DNA of 64,000 bases from Zancudomyces culisetae HAW-14-8 (taxonomy: Eukaryota > Fungi > Kickxellomycota). Positions 1 to 11,806 of this stretch are shown piece after piece. The translations under genes were made by a program, and so were the position numbers. Numbering within the stretch: the stretch's first letter is position 1; the number at the start of each line of letters is the position of its first letter. The notes under the pieces were generated by a model. It ran no database searches. It saw nothing but the letters and a program-made list of their open reading frames with translations, and was not told the origin of the DNA. Where the stretch lies: the NCBI GenBank assembly GCA_052426225.1, contig JBNJNM010000013.1:1178001-1242000 (forward strand). Reading direction: 5' to 3'.

Positions 1-490
1 GTTCTCACCTCGTACTTTGCGTACATCATCGATTTGCTCGTTGAGACTGCCAGTAGGAGCCAGCACCACTCTACCGCCATTTACTCCACGTAAAGCAACA
101 ATGTTTGTTGACTTGAAGATACCAACATCAATTGCAGTAAGACTTTCCATACACTCAACCACATCCCTTTGACTAATTTCTTGCAGCAAGGCCTTTTCAC
201 AAGAGTACAAGGCAACAGTGCAGTCTGCACGTTCTACGGAGGTGGTGATGCTTCCTTTAATTACTGAAACATCTGGAATCATGGTTTTAAACTTTTCAAA
301 AAATAACGCTAGTTTTAGAATATCAAGTTGTAAAGAAAGTGAAAAAAGATAAAGTGGAAGAGGAAGAGGAGATTAAATTATGGGTGGTGGGTTTTATACT
401 CTTTTCCTACATTTTTTTGACCTTTTATTATAAAATTTTTGGTTCAGTTATGTAGAACTTCATATTCACGCACGCCTCATAAAATCTGTA
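1..490. repeat. Direct repeat copy A (pairs with 11008-~11510), segmental/tandem duplication of the aminopeptidase 5' end and promoter
   Basis: By-eye alignment: essentially identical over exon 1 and about 120 bp upstream, then visibly diverged but still alignable to ~490. Confidence 0.9.
9..282 (-). CDS. Exon 1 of a second (upstream tandem) copy of the M17 leucyl aminopeptidase; the gene continues off the left edge of the window
   Basis: Bases 1-~405 are near-identical to 11008-~11412 (offset 11007). ATG at 282-280, then MIPDVSVIKGSITTSVERADC...IDDVRKVR and a GTGAG donor at 8-4. Confidence 0.9.
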
Positions 491-3400
491 TACATTAACT
501 TTTTTGAATTGGGTTTAACTATCACTAAAATATATTTTTTAAATTTAAATGATCTTTATTTACCAAAATTAACAAAATCTCAAAATATTTCTTTTAGTAC
601 ACTCAAAGTAGTAAATAGGTATAGTAAAATGAAACCCAATATTTAATCGACTCATTATTTGTCGCCTGGATCAAAAAAAAGTCGGAAACATTTGACCTTT
701 AGCCCTTTTCGTTTAAATCTGTTCAGTGTTTGGTTTTTGTAATCCCAATTGATCTTTTCACAAAGTAAGCCTTCGAAGCAGTTAAACAATGAGTATTCGG
801 TGCATGTAATATTAATATTTCACAATGAATATGTGTACCTTATATCTTGCAGGATTATTCCTTCATATTTATTTAGTATTCCATAAATACCCTTGAACTC
901 AGTGCTGTTTTGTCTTTTATATTTACATGATCATTTTAACAGATTTACTTAAACTAAATACAAGTTTAGTACATCATTTCTTTTATTTCTAAAAAAAATA
1001 ACTAATTAAAATAGTACTAAAGTTTAAAACAATGTTTACTATCAGTTATTAAAGTTATATATATTAAACTATAAGTACATACTTTAGTTTCATTAGCAAG
1101 TACGCGTATAGATGTAAGTAAGAAAGCCAATATAATGTTTTATCTCTAGAGAAACGAGATAATTTTTTTTATTCATATTAAAGTTTAAAATATTAAGCCT
1201 TTGGAAAATAAACTTTACCTGTACTAGTATCTTGACATTTACTACATAAATTATTTAAAAAAATGTCATTATGGGTAAGACCAAAATAACAATTCATATT
1301 AGTCAAGTGAGGTGTTAATTTATTACAATCATTGGATTTATACTTTATATAAATCTCATATAGTGATTAGGATGCAATTTTAGATAAATCTTTGCACCTT
1401 GAAAGCTATATAGGATATAGGATTATACTGTTTAGGAAATGTTAGCTATAAAATAATTTGTTCCACAAAATTTTATTAAATAAAGCATAACTATACTGAG
1501 TAATTATTAGTACTGAGTTTAGATCCTGAAGCATCCTTTGCTCGATGGCAATTTCATATTATACCTCATGCGGAGTCTCAAAGATCAGATTACTAACACC
1601 TGTGCACAACGTACTAACAAGCATATCAACAAACTCATGTCGCTATTACCAATATTGCCTTACACCAAAGTATCAAGAGCAGGAGCACTTGGATTTACAG
1701 TACTACTTCGGCGGGAGCAACATACGATAGTATTATTTTTTAAAGATTCTGGGCAAGTAAACGCATTTATGATACTAGTTATCAGTTATCACACAGAGCT
1801 CGTGAAAACGAACTCGGTTTATCTTTAGCTTTGAAGCTACATAATTTTATCCGGATAAGTGAAGCATAATAATATTTATAGTTGAATAAAATAAAAGCTT
1901 TTACTATTATGCGAACGTCCAAATACAATTAAGTGTATCAATCTTTATTATAGATCAAAGATTCTTTATTAGCTACTCTCTTTTTAAATAATAGTTTATT
2001 CTATAGCAATATAAAAAAATTAAACCAATATTGAAAATTTAAACTTAGAGCTTTTACACTAAATGATGTATACAACCAAAGATATCTGTATAATTTTTTA
2101 GAAATTAAATAACCTAGCTAAATAGAGGAAATTTAAACTTTAACCGATATCACCTGATTCTCTGTTGTCTCATTACTATTACTTGAGCTAGGTATAGGTG
2201 GGGATCGAGTGGGTCATAGTTCTAGCTGATCAATCAATCATAAATAAGCTTACATTTCATCAAACTAAACATATTATTGTACTAATAATGATTGAGTACT
2301 ATTTCAAGTTAATAAATTCTGAATTCAATAACTTTGTATGTATATACTCAAACCCAACCAAGCAAATGAACCAAAAAATCTACCATGGCGTATTGGCTGA
2401 TAGGGAACACAATGTATAGCGCTAAATTTGTTGAAAGTGGGCACTATTGGTACTCCAAGAAAATCCAATACAAAAGAATTGACTCAAAATTGAGACAGGA
2501 GTGGGTGTAGTTGGTGCTGAGGAGGTTGTATATGTGAATCCATCTATTGCATCAACTCCTGGGATTGTCAATTCTAGAACTGTAGTTAGGTTTATTGTGT
2601 GACAGCTACTATAAAATTTGAGATTTAGGTATCAAAAATAGTCAAATTATCGACTATAAAATCAGGGATGATTATAGTACGATCAGCGGCTTGTTTGCGG
2701 AATAGCCTTGCTACTTCTCTTTTGTTGATTTTTTCAATGTTGCGAATTTCTCTTTTTTTTTAGATCTTTAGCTAATACTGAAGAGTTTATGAATGCAAAG
2801 GAAAAATAACTGTTAAATATGTTTATCTTCATTACATATTAGTCCTTCTTAATTATTTCTAGAATGAAATACCGAATGGGTTTTTATAATCTGTTTTATT
2901 TTTTCTGAGTTTGTTTCTTTTCATCTCATTAATATCTGCTTATATAGAACACCTCAAACTATTAGCTATTAAATAAACGCTTTGAGCTTTTTAAAGAGTT
3001 GTTTTTACAAGTTTTATACTTTTTAGGTATATATCTACACAAAACTGATGAATAGAGTGCATATACCACCATACCTTGTTTCCTTCATCCAAAAAGTTAG
3101 ACTTTTTTAATTTGATTAGAATGGATTTAGTTTGACATCAAATTCCAAAATTTCGATAATAAGTGCCAGTGCTCGCCAAATTCTTTACCAAATTCTTGCA
3201 TTATGTTGTTTACATCGATGTTATCTAGTTCTTAACATTTGCCAGTTCTTAATTCAATATTAACACAGAATATTGATCAGTTTATATTAATATTATTAGA
3301 AATTCGTATTTACTTGGATTAGTTTTCATCAAATTTCATATCAACATGGAATGGAATGAAAATTATGGTTAATTCAACTGATGGATTGCACTATTTATAC

Positions 3401-4546
3401 TTTGAATAATATTAATGCACATATGATTAATCTCTCGGGTTTAATTACGTAAAATGAAATAAAGAAAAAGAATCATATTGTTGCTGGTGCTGGTTTTACA
3501 AGGATTTGCTATTTAAATGAGACTCAGCACTCAAGTGTCTATAAAATTAACTGGTGATAAAGTCCATACCTGACATTTATATTGAAAAGATGATTCAATG
3601 TAGTTTAATCTGTACGAGTAATTATTTCATCTATTAACGAGATGTTTGTAAAGGGTGTTGTTAGAATTAGAAAGCATAAAAAGTTGAGAATATTACGAGG
3701 TTATTCGTTTTAATTTCTGGATTTGATGTAATTCTTTGGTTTCACATCGGATTGTATATTCTATATGAGCATCTGAATATTCTCTGTAAAGTTATATTAT
3801 TTTTAACTTGCTAATACTTTTTGAAACAATAATAATTAGCCAACTTACTTTTACCAATTTTTCTTTTGCTTATCGGGTTGCCCTTTGTAATCTTGTGCGT
3901 TGATACATTTCTGACTCTGTTGAAAGTTGAGTTTTAGTTTACATATTAAAAATAAATGGAGCAGTAATAATTGTTCTTTTAATGCTTTCTATAACCTGAA
4001 ACGGGTTACAATGTGTGATGGGATTGTAATTTACTACTGTTTTATTTGTTTCTGTGATACTTTCAATCGGAATATGGTGGGTACAAAGTTTATACAGTGG
4101 TATAAGGGTGATTTTTCAGGTAGATATTTTGTAGGGTTGTTTTTTTGTAGTGTTTATTTGATAGCTCGATTGTGAATTATATCAGTAGTGCTTTTGTTTT
4201 AAAACAGTGAAAATTCATTACTACACCAATTTTTCCTAGCTAAAAACTGTAAACATTTTGCAAAATATACTTTAATAGCGAATTTAAAACAACAATTGCC
4301 TACTGTCCATCTATCAAGAGTACTCAGCAGTGTATGAAGATGTTTGGGAGCTTAGTCTTAAATTATTTAATAACACATTTATCAATACCGTATAATAAAA
4401 TTTATCTCAACCAAAAGTACTACCTTCCTATGCTATAAAATTAAGTAAATAATATCAGCTACTTGCCATTAAAACAAGCATGACAACATTCACTAATTAC
4501 ACCGAGCACGCGTCATGATTGCTTGCTATTGGCCGTTTTGGCTTGA

Positions 4547-6640
4547 TTAAACCAACTTATAGTCTTTTCCATATCCAGCTACCTCATACTCAAGAAATAA
4601 CAACATAAACAAAGATTTCACTGATGCTCTAGTATTCCGCTTTGACCATGAATAATATTCTGGTGGTTTACAAACATTTAGAATATGAAAGTTATCCGTA
4701 CCAATATTGTCATATCCCCCTAATAAGATTTTGGTGTTATTTGATGGTTTGCGTTTGTCCTGGCCTTTCTTTCTCGTGTCAAGATTGGGTTTTTGATAAA
4801 TAAAATCCAAAGAAACTCTGACTGATTGCACTAAATTCAAATACTTTCCGCGTTCGCTATAATCTACAGGCATGCTAGGATAATCCATATAGTATGTTAG
4901 CGATAATACACGTAAAGTGGCAGTGACGTTTGACAAAAGACAGCACTTGCTTCCCGCAGATGGAGGAGGGCCTGTATCAAGCCAAGGATTCATATCTTGT
5001 TCAGTGATTGCACTGTTTAAAATAATGCTGGGCACAGGGCTGACCATCCTATTGGTATTGTAAAAATGCTGCTTTGTTTTATTGACCAATATAAATATTT
5101 CTTGAAATATTCTCGTATTTGGAAATTGTGGTTCAAATTTTTGTAGCAGCATGAGAATAAAATCTCTACTTTCGAAAATATCCCCGTACTTCGAATGATC
5201 TATTATATAGGCTGCATTAATGAGTGTCAGTGATATCCAAAAAATTAATAAAGGAAGATTCAAATCCATATATTGTGTTGGAATATTAGCATAACCCCAC
5301 TTCAAGACCCTTACACCTTCAAGAGAGTGATCAATACATAGCATCTTTGCCACCTGGACGCGCCAGGGCTCACCATAAAAACACTCTACGTATAATATCT
5401 CAGTCATACACAAATGGACGGCTGAATTTATCAAAGCAAGGTGCAAGCTCCACAGCTGGAATATCAGATTTTTGACAGTGGCTTCATCGATTATAAGAAA
5501 GTTTGCGTTCTCACATAACTGGAGTTTTTGAAGTGTGTCAAATGTATATCTTCTCAGCATCTTTAAAATATCATTCAGTTGCTTCGAGAGATTCGTGTAC
5601 CTTTTAAAGTCGAGTTGATAGTCTCGTTTAATTGTAAAACTTCTTCGGTTTCGAAAAGCACAAATTTTGTTATATACACCAAATACTATACACTTCATTT
5701 TTGTTATATCCGAGTTCACCCTTCTACTTTCGCTGGTTCTGATTAACTGTCTATTTTCCACTAGTATAAGTGTCGTTTCTTTGTATTCAATTCCGTTTCT
5801 CCATCTGTAGTCGTTTTTTGGAAGTTTATTTGCGCTTTTAAAAAAACCATCATAAATAGTGTGTTTAACCAGTCCTGCTTGAACGCTGTTGTTAAGATAT
5901 ATCATCCAAAACATCCTCCGCTTAAACTCCATTTCATTAGGTTCTTGTGCAGACTGTTTTAACCCTAGATAAGCACTTGAATCAACTTTATGCAATCCAA
6001 GAATGATACATGCGCTGTAACATTTCATTTGATCCATATGTGCATCAGTACTAAACCTATTACAGGTTTTTTGCTCAAGTAAAGCTTGAAGACACCACAA
6101 GTGATTCATTTTGAATTTATTTTGTCTATCTTCAAGCACTTTGCGAATATAGCTCATCATTTTCCCCACTTTTTTAGCGCTCAGAAACCTTGTGACTCTG
6201 GATTCTGGCAACAGTTGTGTCCCAAGAATCAATATTGTGTAAATCATGTATCTAGGTAGTCTCAAATTTTTGATATTTTCTATCAGCATGGGTACTCTGA
6301 CGGGTATAATCAAGTTTGGTGTTGCAAACATACAGATTTTTATGGTTTCTACCATGAAGTTCACCAGATTTATCATGTGTGTTTTGATGGTTTCATCGTA
6401 GTAGGCTTCATAACTAAAATTTCTGTTATCTATCTTTTTTATCAGCACATATTCGTATATTTCCTCGTAAATCTTATCAACATTAACCCCTGAACTACTG
6501 CTGCTCAGTTTAAATCGTTTACTGTTGCGTAAAATTGTATGTATCTCTATGGTCTTGGTCTCTACACTAGCAACAAGGCTTGTGACCTTGTTGATGGTCA
6601 TCATCCTACTCCTTCGGGTCATTGATTTTTCTGGGGCCAT
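4547..6640 (-). CDS. Fungal-specific transcription factor (middle homology/Fungal_trans-like) domain protein with no visible Zn2Cys6 cluster
   Basis: About 700-aa uninterrupted ORF. Motif 'LGLHKVD...EMEFKRRMFWMIYLNN' resembles the fungal TF middle homology region (LGLH...E.RRR.FW). First ATG at 6640; the frame is open somewhat further upstream, so a 5' exon is possible. Confidence 0.6.
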   Translation of the reverse strand: MAPEKSMTRRSRMMTINKVTSLVASVETKTIEIHTILRNSKRFKLSSSSSGVNVDKIYEEIYEYVLIKKIDNRNFSYEAYYDETIKTHMINLVNFMVETIKICMFATPNLIIPVRVPMLIENIKNLRLPRYMIYTILILGTQLLPESRVTRFLSAKKVGKMMSYIRKVLEDRQNKFKMNHLWCLQALLEQKTCNRFSTDAHMDQMKCYSACIILGLHKVDSSAYLGLKQSAQEPNEMEFKRRMFWMIYLNNSVQAGLVKHTIYDGFFKSANKLPKNDYRWRNGIEYKETTLILVENRQLIRTSESRRVNSDITKMKCIVFGVYNKICAFRNRRSFTIKRDYQLDFKRYTNLSKQLNDILKMLRRYTFDTLQKLQLCENANFLIIDEATVKNLIFQLWSLHLALINSAVHLCMTEILYVECFYGEPWRVQVAKMLCIDHSLEGVRVLKWGYANIPTQYMDLNLPLLIFWISLTLINAAYIIDHSKYGDIFESRDFILMLLQKFEPQFPNTRIFQEIFILVNKTKQHFYNTNRMVSPVPSIILNSAITEQDMNPWLDTGPPPSAGSKCCLLSNVTATLRVLSLTYYMDYPSMPVDYSERGKYLNLVQSVRVSLDFIYQKPNLDTRKKGQDKRKPSNNTKILLGGYDNIGTDNFHILNVCKPPEYYSWSKRNTRASVKSLFMLLFLEYEVAGYGKDYKLV

Positions 6641-8797
6641 CGGACTTAATATAGTATAACTGTAACTCTGGTTTTGCAACGTGTTATTTGAGCTTGCTAG
6701 AATAGTCTAGCATAGCTGAGCTCAAGAGGTAGAATATCGAAATATTAGATAGAAAATAACTACTTTAGGGTTTTCATTTTTTTAAAAAGAAAAACATTTT
6801 TGGTACTCTGAACTAAGTATTTATAGTGGCGGATTTAACAAAAACGTTTCAAATTAGTATATTTTATAATTGATTATGTTTTGTTCTGGATCTGTGTATA
6901 CGACTCAATCGATCTGGCAGTAAAAAAAATTTCGCTCTAAAATGAATATTATTTGACAAACATTCCTTTATAAAACACATGGTGGTTTTGATAAGTCTTT
7001 ATTCCTTAATTTGCTTATGACTTCACACGCCGGTATCAAAAAAACCCACACTCATGGTTTCATGAAAAATAAGTGGAATTGTCATCTCGGCATTACAAGT
7101 GTTTATTTATTAACTTTAATCAATCAAAAAAAGTCGCAACTGTTAGTATTGAGGTCATTCAAAAGTCGGTAGTGGCTTATTCATTTGCTAGCCATGACTT
7201 GTGATGATAATCTTTTTTTTTTAGTTATTATATATTACCAAAAACAGAATAAATCGAATTGAAAGAAACACTAATCAAGAAAGTGTAACTAAATGAAAAA
7301 TCTGTTCATTGGGTTTGTATCTTAAGAATTGTATAATCTTTTTTTAAAAAGGTAAAAATCTGTTTTTTCGGAAGTTGATATTATATTTTTTTACCTAGTA
7401 GGTTTGATAGAGAATTGATGGACTGAAAAATTACTAAAGATTTGTAAAATACGGTGTTACAGTTATAGTTTGGTAGAATAATATGAAAAGCAAATATATT
7501 TCATTAGAAAAATAAACTTAATAGCCCATCTACCACACACGTTTAACTAATAAAACTTAAGCTTGAAATCCATTGAAACACATGCGTAGTACAGCAGTGG
7601 ACTCAGTGAACATGACATAGGTTTCGAAATATTTACTTTTTGTGACATTTTGAAAAAAATACTTTTCACTGTCAAATGCCAAAAATAAACTAGTCTTATG
7701 GTCATTTGATTGGGTATTTTTGAAAGATGATAAAATGTATACACATCTAGCAAATTTTACTAACAGAATACAGTTTACAAATCAATTTCAACTTGTCCAC
7801 TTTTGTTCCTGCTTGATACTTTGTATCACGCCACTATAACTATCTTGCAATTCTTTACAATATTATTCTTTTTTATTTTCTACGTCAATTTATTGTTGAT
7901 TTGCACCAGTAAAATACAATCATAATCTAATTAAATGGATAGAGTGAAGCCATAGTTTCCGATTTTAGCTGGGATTTATAAAGTGATTTATTAGCCTTTG
8001 AGTTGGTTCTTTTTCTTGTTTTTAAATAAAAACTTTCAATCGGAGCCGGGGACTAATTTTACTTGTAACACTAAAACTATACATAAAAGTTAGTTGGTAT
8101 GATGCTAGATAAATGTATTTATCTACACATGGTATTTACTTTATATTATGAATGGTATTTAAAATGGTATATTGTTATTAGTTTAATTCAATATTTGTAT
8201 TGATATTTTCCAACTTAATTCAACCATTTTTTTTTTGCTCAGATGAATTGTCAAGATAACTAGTTAATATTTATAGAAAGTGAAGTAGTTTAGCTTTTAA
8301 AATGGTAGTCATAGTGCCTGTAAACTAACAATTTTTTAGACTCGAATCACTACATTACTTTGAAGTGGAATTTGGCTATATAATATAATATATCATATTT
8401 ATGACTATTAAATGGAATCGAAACATTTTATATTAACTTTTTACAATTGCATAAGAAATTTAATAATTAATGCATTAATAATTATATAAAAAAAGTATTA
8501 AATCAACTTATTGAAGGAAAATTAATATATTAAAAATAGCAATTGAGAGAATATCTGTTTATAAAAATAACAAAAAACTTTTTTCATTAAATTTGTCAGC
8601 ATCTATTGTAAGGTAGAAGAACAGGATTATAAAAATGTACTTTACAACTGTTCTCGTATCCAGGAAAATTGGAACCGTATAAAAATAACTATAAAGAAAA
8701 AGATAAAATCACAATTGTTAAATGAATACGAAAATAATATAAATTTACATGGTACTTATGTTATGTTAAGTAAATACAAAGGGAAAATACCTAGTAG

Positions 8798-9133
8798 AAC
8801 GACAGTACATCACTAGAACCATGGGATATTCACCATGTCCGCACCGAGAACTCATTGTCGAACATCAACGTGGATGAAACTGAGTTATATCATCGCTTTT
8901 CAGAAATGTTTCGAGAAACGGTTGAACAAGGTCATAAGTACCAAACGCTTAACAGATTTAAACGAACATGGCTCAAAGTCGAATGTTCGTGGTTTTCTGT
9001 TGAGCCAGGAGAGGAAAATCAGTTTGAATCAATAGTCAATATCATTTTTTGTTCTTACTCAAATCTATTTTTTGTGAGGTTTCGAAAAATTTGGGATTAC
9101 TTTTGGAATGAGGGAGATGTAGGAAACCCCTGA
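8798..9133 (+). CDS. Hypothetical small protein, probable terminal exon
   Basis: Open frame of about 111 codons directly after a TAG (possible acceptor) at 8795-8797, more GC-rich than its flanks, followed by AATAAA. No recognised family. Confidence 0.3.
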   Translation, partial: NDSTSLEPWDIHHVRTENSLSNINVDETELYHRFSEMFRETVEQGHKYQTLNRFKRTWLKVECSWFSVEPGEENQFESIVNIIFCSYSNLFFVRFRKIWDYFWNEGDVGNP

Positions 9134-9229
9134 AAATAAATAATTATTATGAAAATAAAAATATTATTTAAAAATGAAAAAACCACGAAAACCCCTAGAG
9201 CTCAATATGTTGTCAACGCCCATATACCT

Positions 9230-11289
9230 CTAAACCAAATGTGCCCCAACAAATGCTGCGATAGGGGCTCCTGTGATCTTTGGAAGTGCAAGACCACTTG
9301 ATCCCAATTCTTCAGCGTTTCCAGCAATGTCCAAATGCATGTAGCTGATTCTATCTTCTGGTTTGGCGCTTGAATCGTGTTTGTCGAGACCAGACGCTCT
9401 GATCATGATGGCGGCTGGGTATACATGACCTCTAGGTGTTACAGATGATGGTCTTGTGTTGGACTGGTAGATATCTTCGACTTCACTGCATGATGCAATC
9501 AGAGAATAGTCGTCGCGTCTAAGTACAGAGTTTTCAAAGTTTTCACCGTACTTCATACCTGCTTCGCTCAGATGCTTATCAAGTCTGTTGTTTCTTGCGG
9601 GTCCATTTGCTACAGTGGCGCCATATCCTCCATATGCAATTATAACGTGTCCAGTCAGTGTTGCTACTGTGTACACTACAGCTGGTGTATTGTCTCCCTT
9701 CTTTCTGGCATCTACTATTCTCTCCTTCACTTCAGCCAATGGATCTGTCATTACCATTCTGCCTTCAGCATCCGTGTTGACAACTGTCACTCTTACACCT
9801 GCTCTACTTACCAATACTTCATCAGGAAGCAGCGAATCTGGTCCGACCGAGTTTCTTTCCCAGGATAGGATAGCTGTGATGTTGGCCTTTGTGCTTTGCA
9901 TACTTGCTGCTGCAAGCACAAATCCTGCAACTGTACATGCTCCCAACTTGTCCCGTGACATTCCTCGCATACCTTCGCCAGATTTTACATTGATACCACC
10001 TGTATCAAATGTAACACCCTTTCCTACAAGATACACATGCTCCTTAACCTGTGATTGGTCTGGTGACTTGTAGTTCAACTCAACCAGACATGGTCCAGTA
10101 TGCTCAGCTTGCAATGATGCTCTTGCCGAGTGATACAACAGTGGGTATTGTTCTTTGATGACATTTACGTCCTTGGTGAGCTTGTATGAAACGCCTGGAA
10201 CATTTTTAAACACTTTTTCAAGATGCTCTGCAGCCCTGTATGGTGTGAAGCGTTCCGCATCGCCATAACCCATATCTATATAGATACATTAAGCATATAA
10301 ATGTCTAAGTAAATACAATCAAATTTATCTTTGTCTGTTGATTCAGACATAGTTAGTTATCTACTGATTTGCGATTTGCGATTTGCGATTTGTGTTTTGT
10401 GTTTTGTGTTTTGTGTTTTGTGTTTTGTGTTTTGTGTTTTGTGTTTTGTAACCTACCTTTAGATAGTCTTTTTCCCATTTCAATAGCAACGACACGTTTT
10501 ACCAATTCTGAAAGTTGCTCATCTGATATAGCGTTTTTCTCTGATACAATAATACTAAGCTTGTCCAGCTTATCATTGTGTGTTTCATCTTTTCCTTGCT
10601 TCATGTACCACTCACGTGCAACCAGTGTAACATAACTTGCCTCAAGAGCACCCAAAATGGCTACCTCAATCCAGCTAGAAAAGTCGGCGTCAATGTTTTC
10701 GGTGGAGTATTCTATGTTTGACAAATACAAAACTGGTGATCGTGATCCTGCGCTTATTGCTTTTGAGACGGCCTGGAAAGCAGCATCTATACGTACAAGT
10801 TAATTAGTTTGCTTATTGCCACCTCGTAGTTGAAGTTTTATAATGTGCAGAGAATGCCACGTATTTTCTTGGTATGTTTTATTGTTCTGTATATAACTTT
10901 GAATTCTTATATATAGCTATGTTGTTTTCCAGTTGTATTTGGTTGTTTTATCGAAAATAGCAGTAGTGGTATTAAAAAAAGTAAAAATAGTAATAAAAGT
11001 AGCATTGGTTCTCACCTCGTACTTTGCGTACATCATCGATTTGCTCGTTGAGACTGCCAGTAGGAGCCAGCACCACTCTACCGCCATTTACTCCACGTAA
11101 AGCAACAATGTTTGTTGACTTGAAGATACCAACATCAATTGCAGTAAGACTTTCCATACACTCAACCACATCCCTTTGACTAATTTCTTGCAGCAAGGCC
11201 TTTTCACAAGAGTACAAGGCAACAGTGCAGTCTGCACGTTCTACGGAGGTGGTGATGCTTCCTTTAATTACTGAAACATCTGGAATCAT
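9230..11289 (-). CDS. M17 family leucyl/cytosol aminopeptidase, 3 exons (11289-11016, 10786-10457, 10275-9230; 549 aa)
   Basis: M17 motifs VGKGVTFDTGG, RDKLGA, NTDAEGR, ATLTGH and HLDIAG are present. GT-AG introns join in frame (KVR/DAAF; RLSK/DMGYGDAERF). Confidence 0.93.
10367..10449. repeat. Heptamer tandem repeat (TTTGCGA)3-(TGTGTTT)~8 in intron 2 of the aminopeptidase
   Basis: Directly visible 7-bp periodicity. Confidence 0.95.
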
Positions 11290-11806
11290 GATTTTAAACT
11301 TTTCAAAAAATAACGCTAGTTTTAGAATATCAAGTTGTAAAGAAAGTGAAAAAAGATAAAGTGGAAGAGGAAGAGGAGATTAAATTATGGGTGGTGGGTT
11401 TTATACTCTTTTCTGTCTTTTTTTTTTCTACGATTTTTTTTTCCAAGAGTTTGATTCAATTATGTGGATGGGTTTTCATTTTCACTCACGCCCCCTTAAA
11501 ACCCTGGTTTTACTGTAATTCCCAATTTTTTTCTTTTATGTACTCTTGTGGCTTTAGGCTCATTCTACAGATACCTATTGGTTCGGTTTATACCGTATTT
11601 TTTTATCAGCCGTTTTTTTCGTTCATTCATCTGTATTGGTGCTGGAAACAAGATTAAATAGCGGAAAAATGGGTTGATCAAAACAATACAACTAAATTTG
11701 TATTAGACAGGATATTTAACAACTCTACAAAAAAAAAGATAATAACAGAAAAGGCTAAAGAATCACAAACGAAAAACAGTATATGCCCAGAGTTCTTCAA
11801 GTCCCA

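Noticed and set aside
9122-9139. GGA AAC CCC TGA AAA TAA as a possible C-terminal selenocysteine (some early-diverging fungi use Sec)
   Set aside because: No redox motif or selenoprotein family similarity, and no SECIS-like hairpin in the short AT-rich 3' region.
10353-10456. QNTKHKT repeat peptide at the end of the 125-aa ORF
   Set aside because: Read-through into intron 2. The proper donor at 10456 gives an in-frame join to exon 3.
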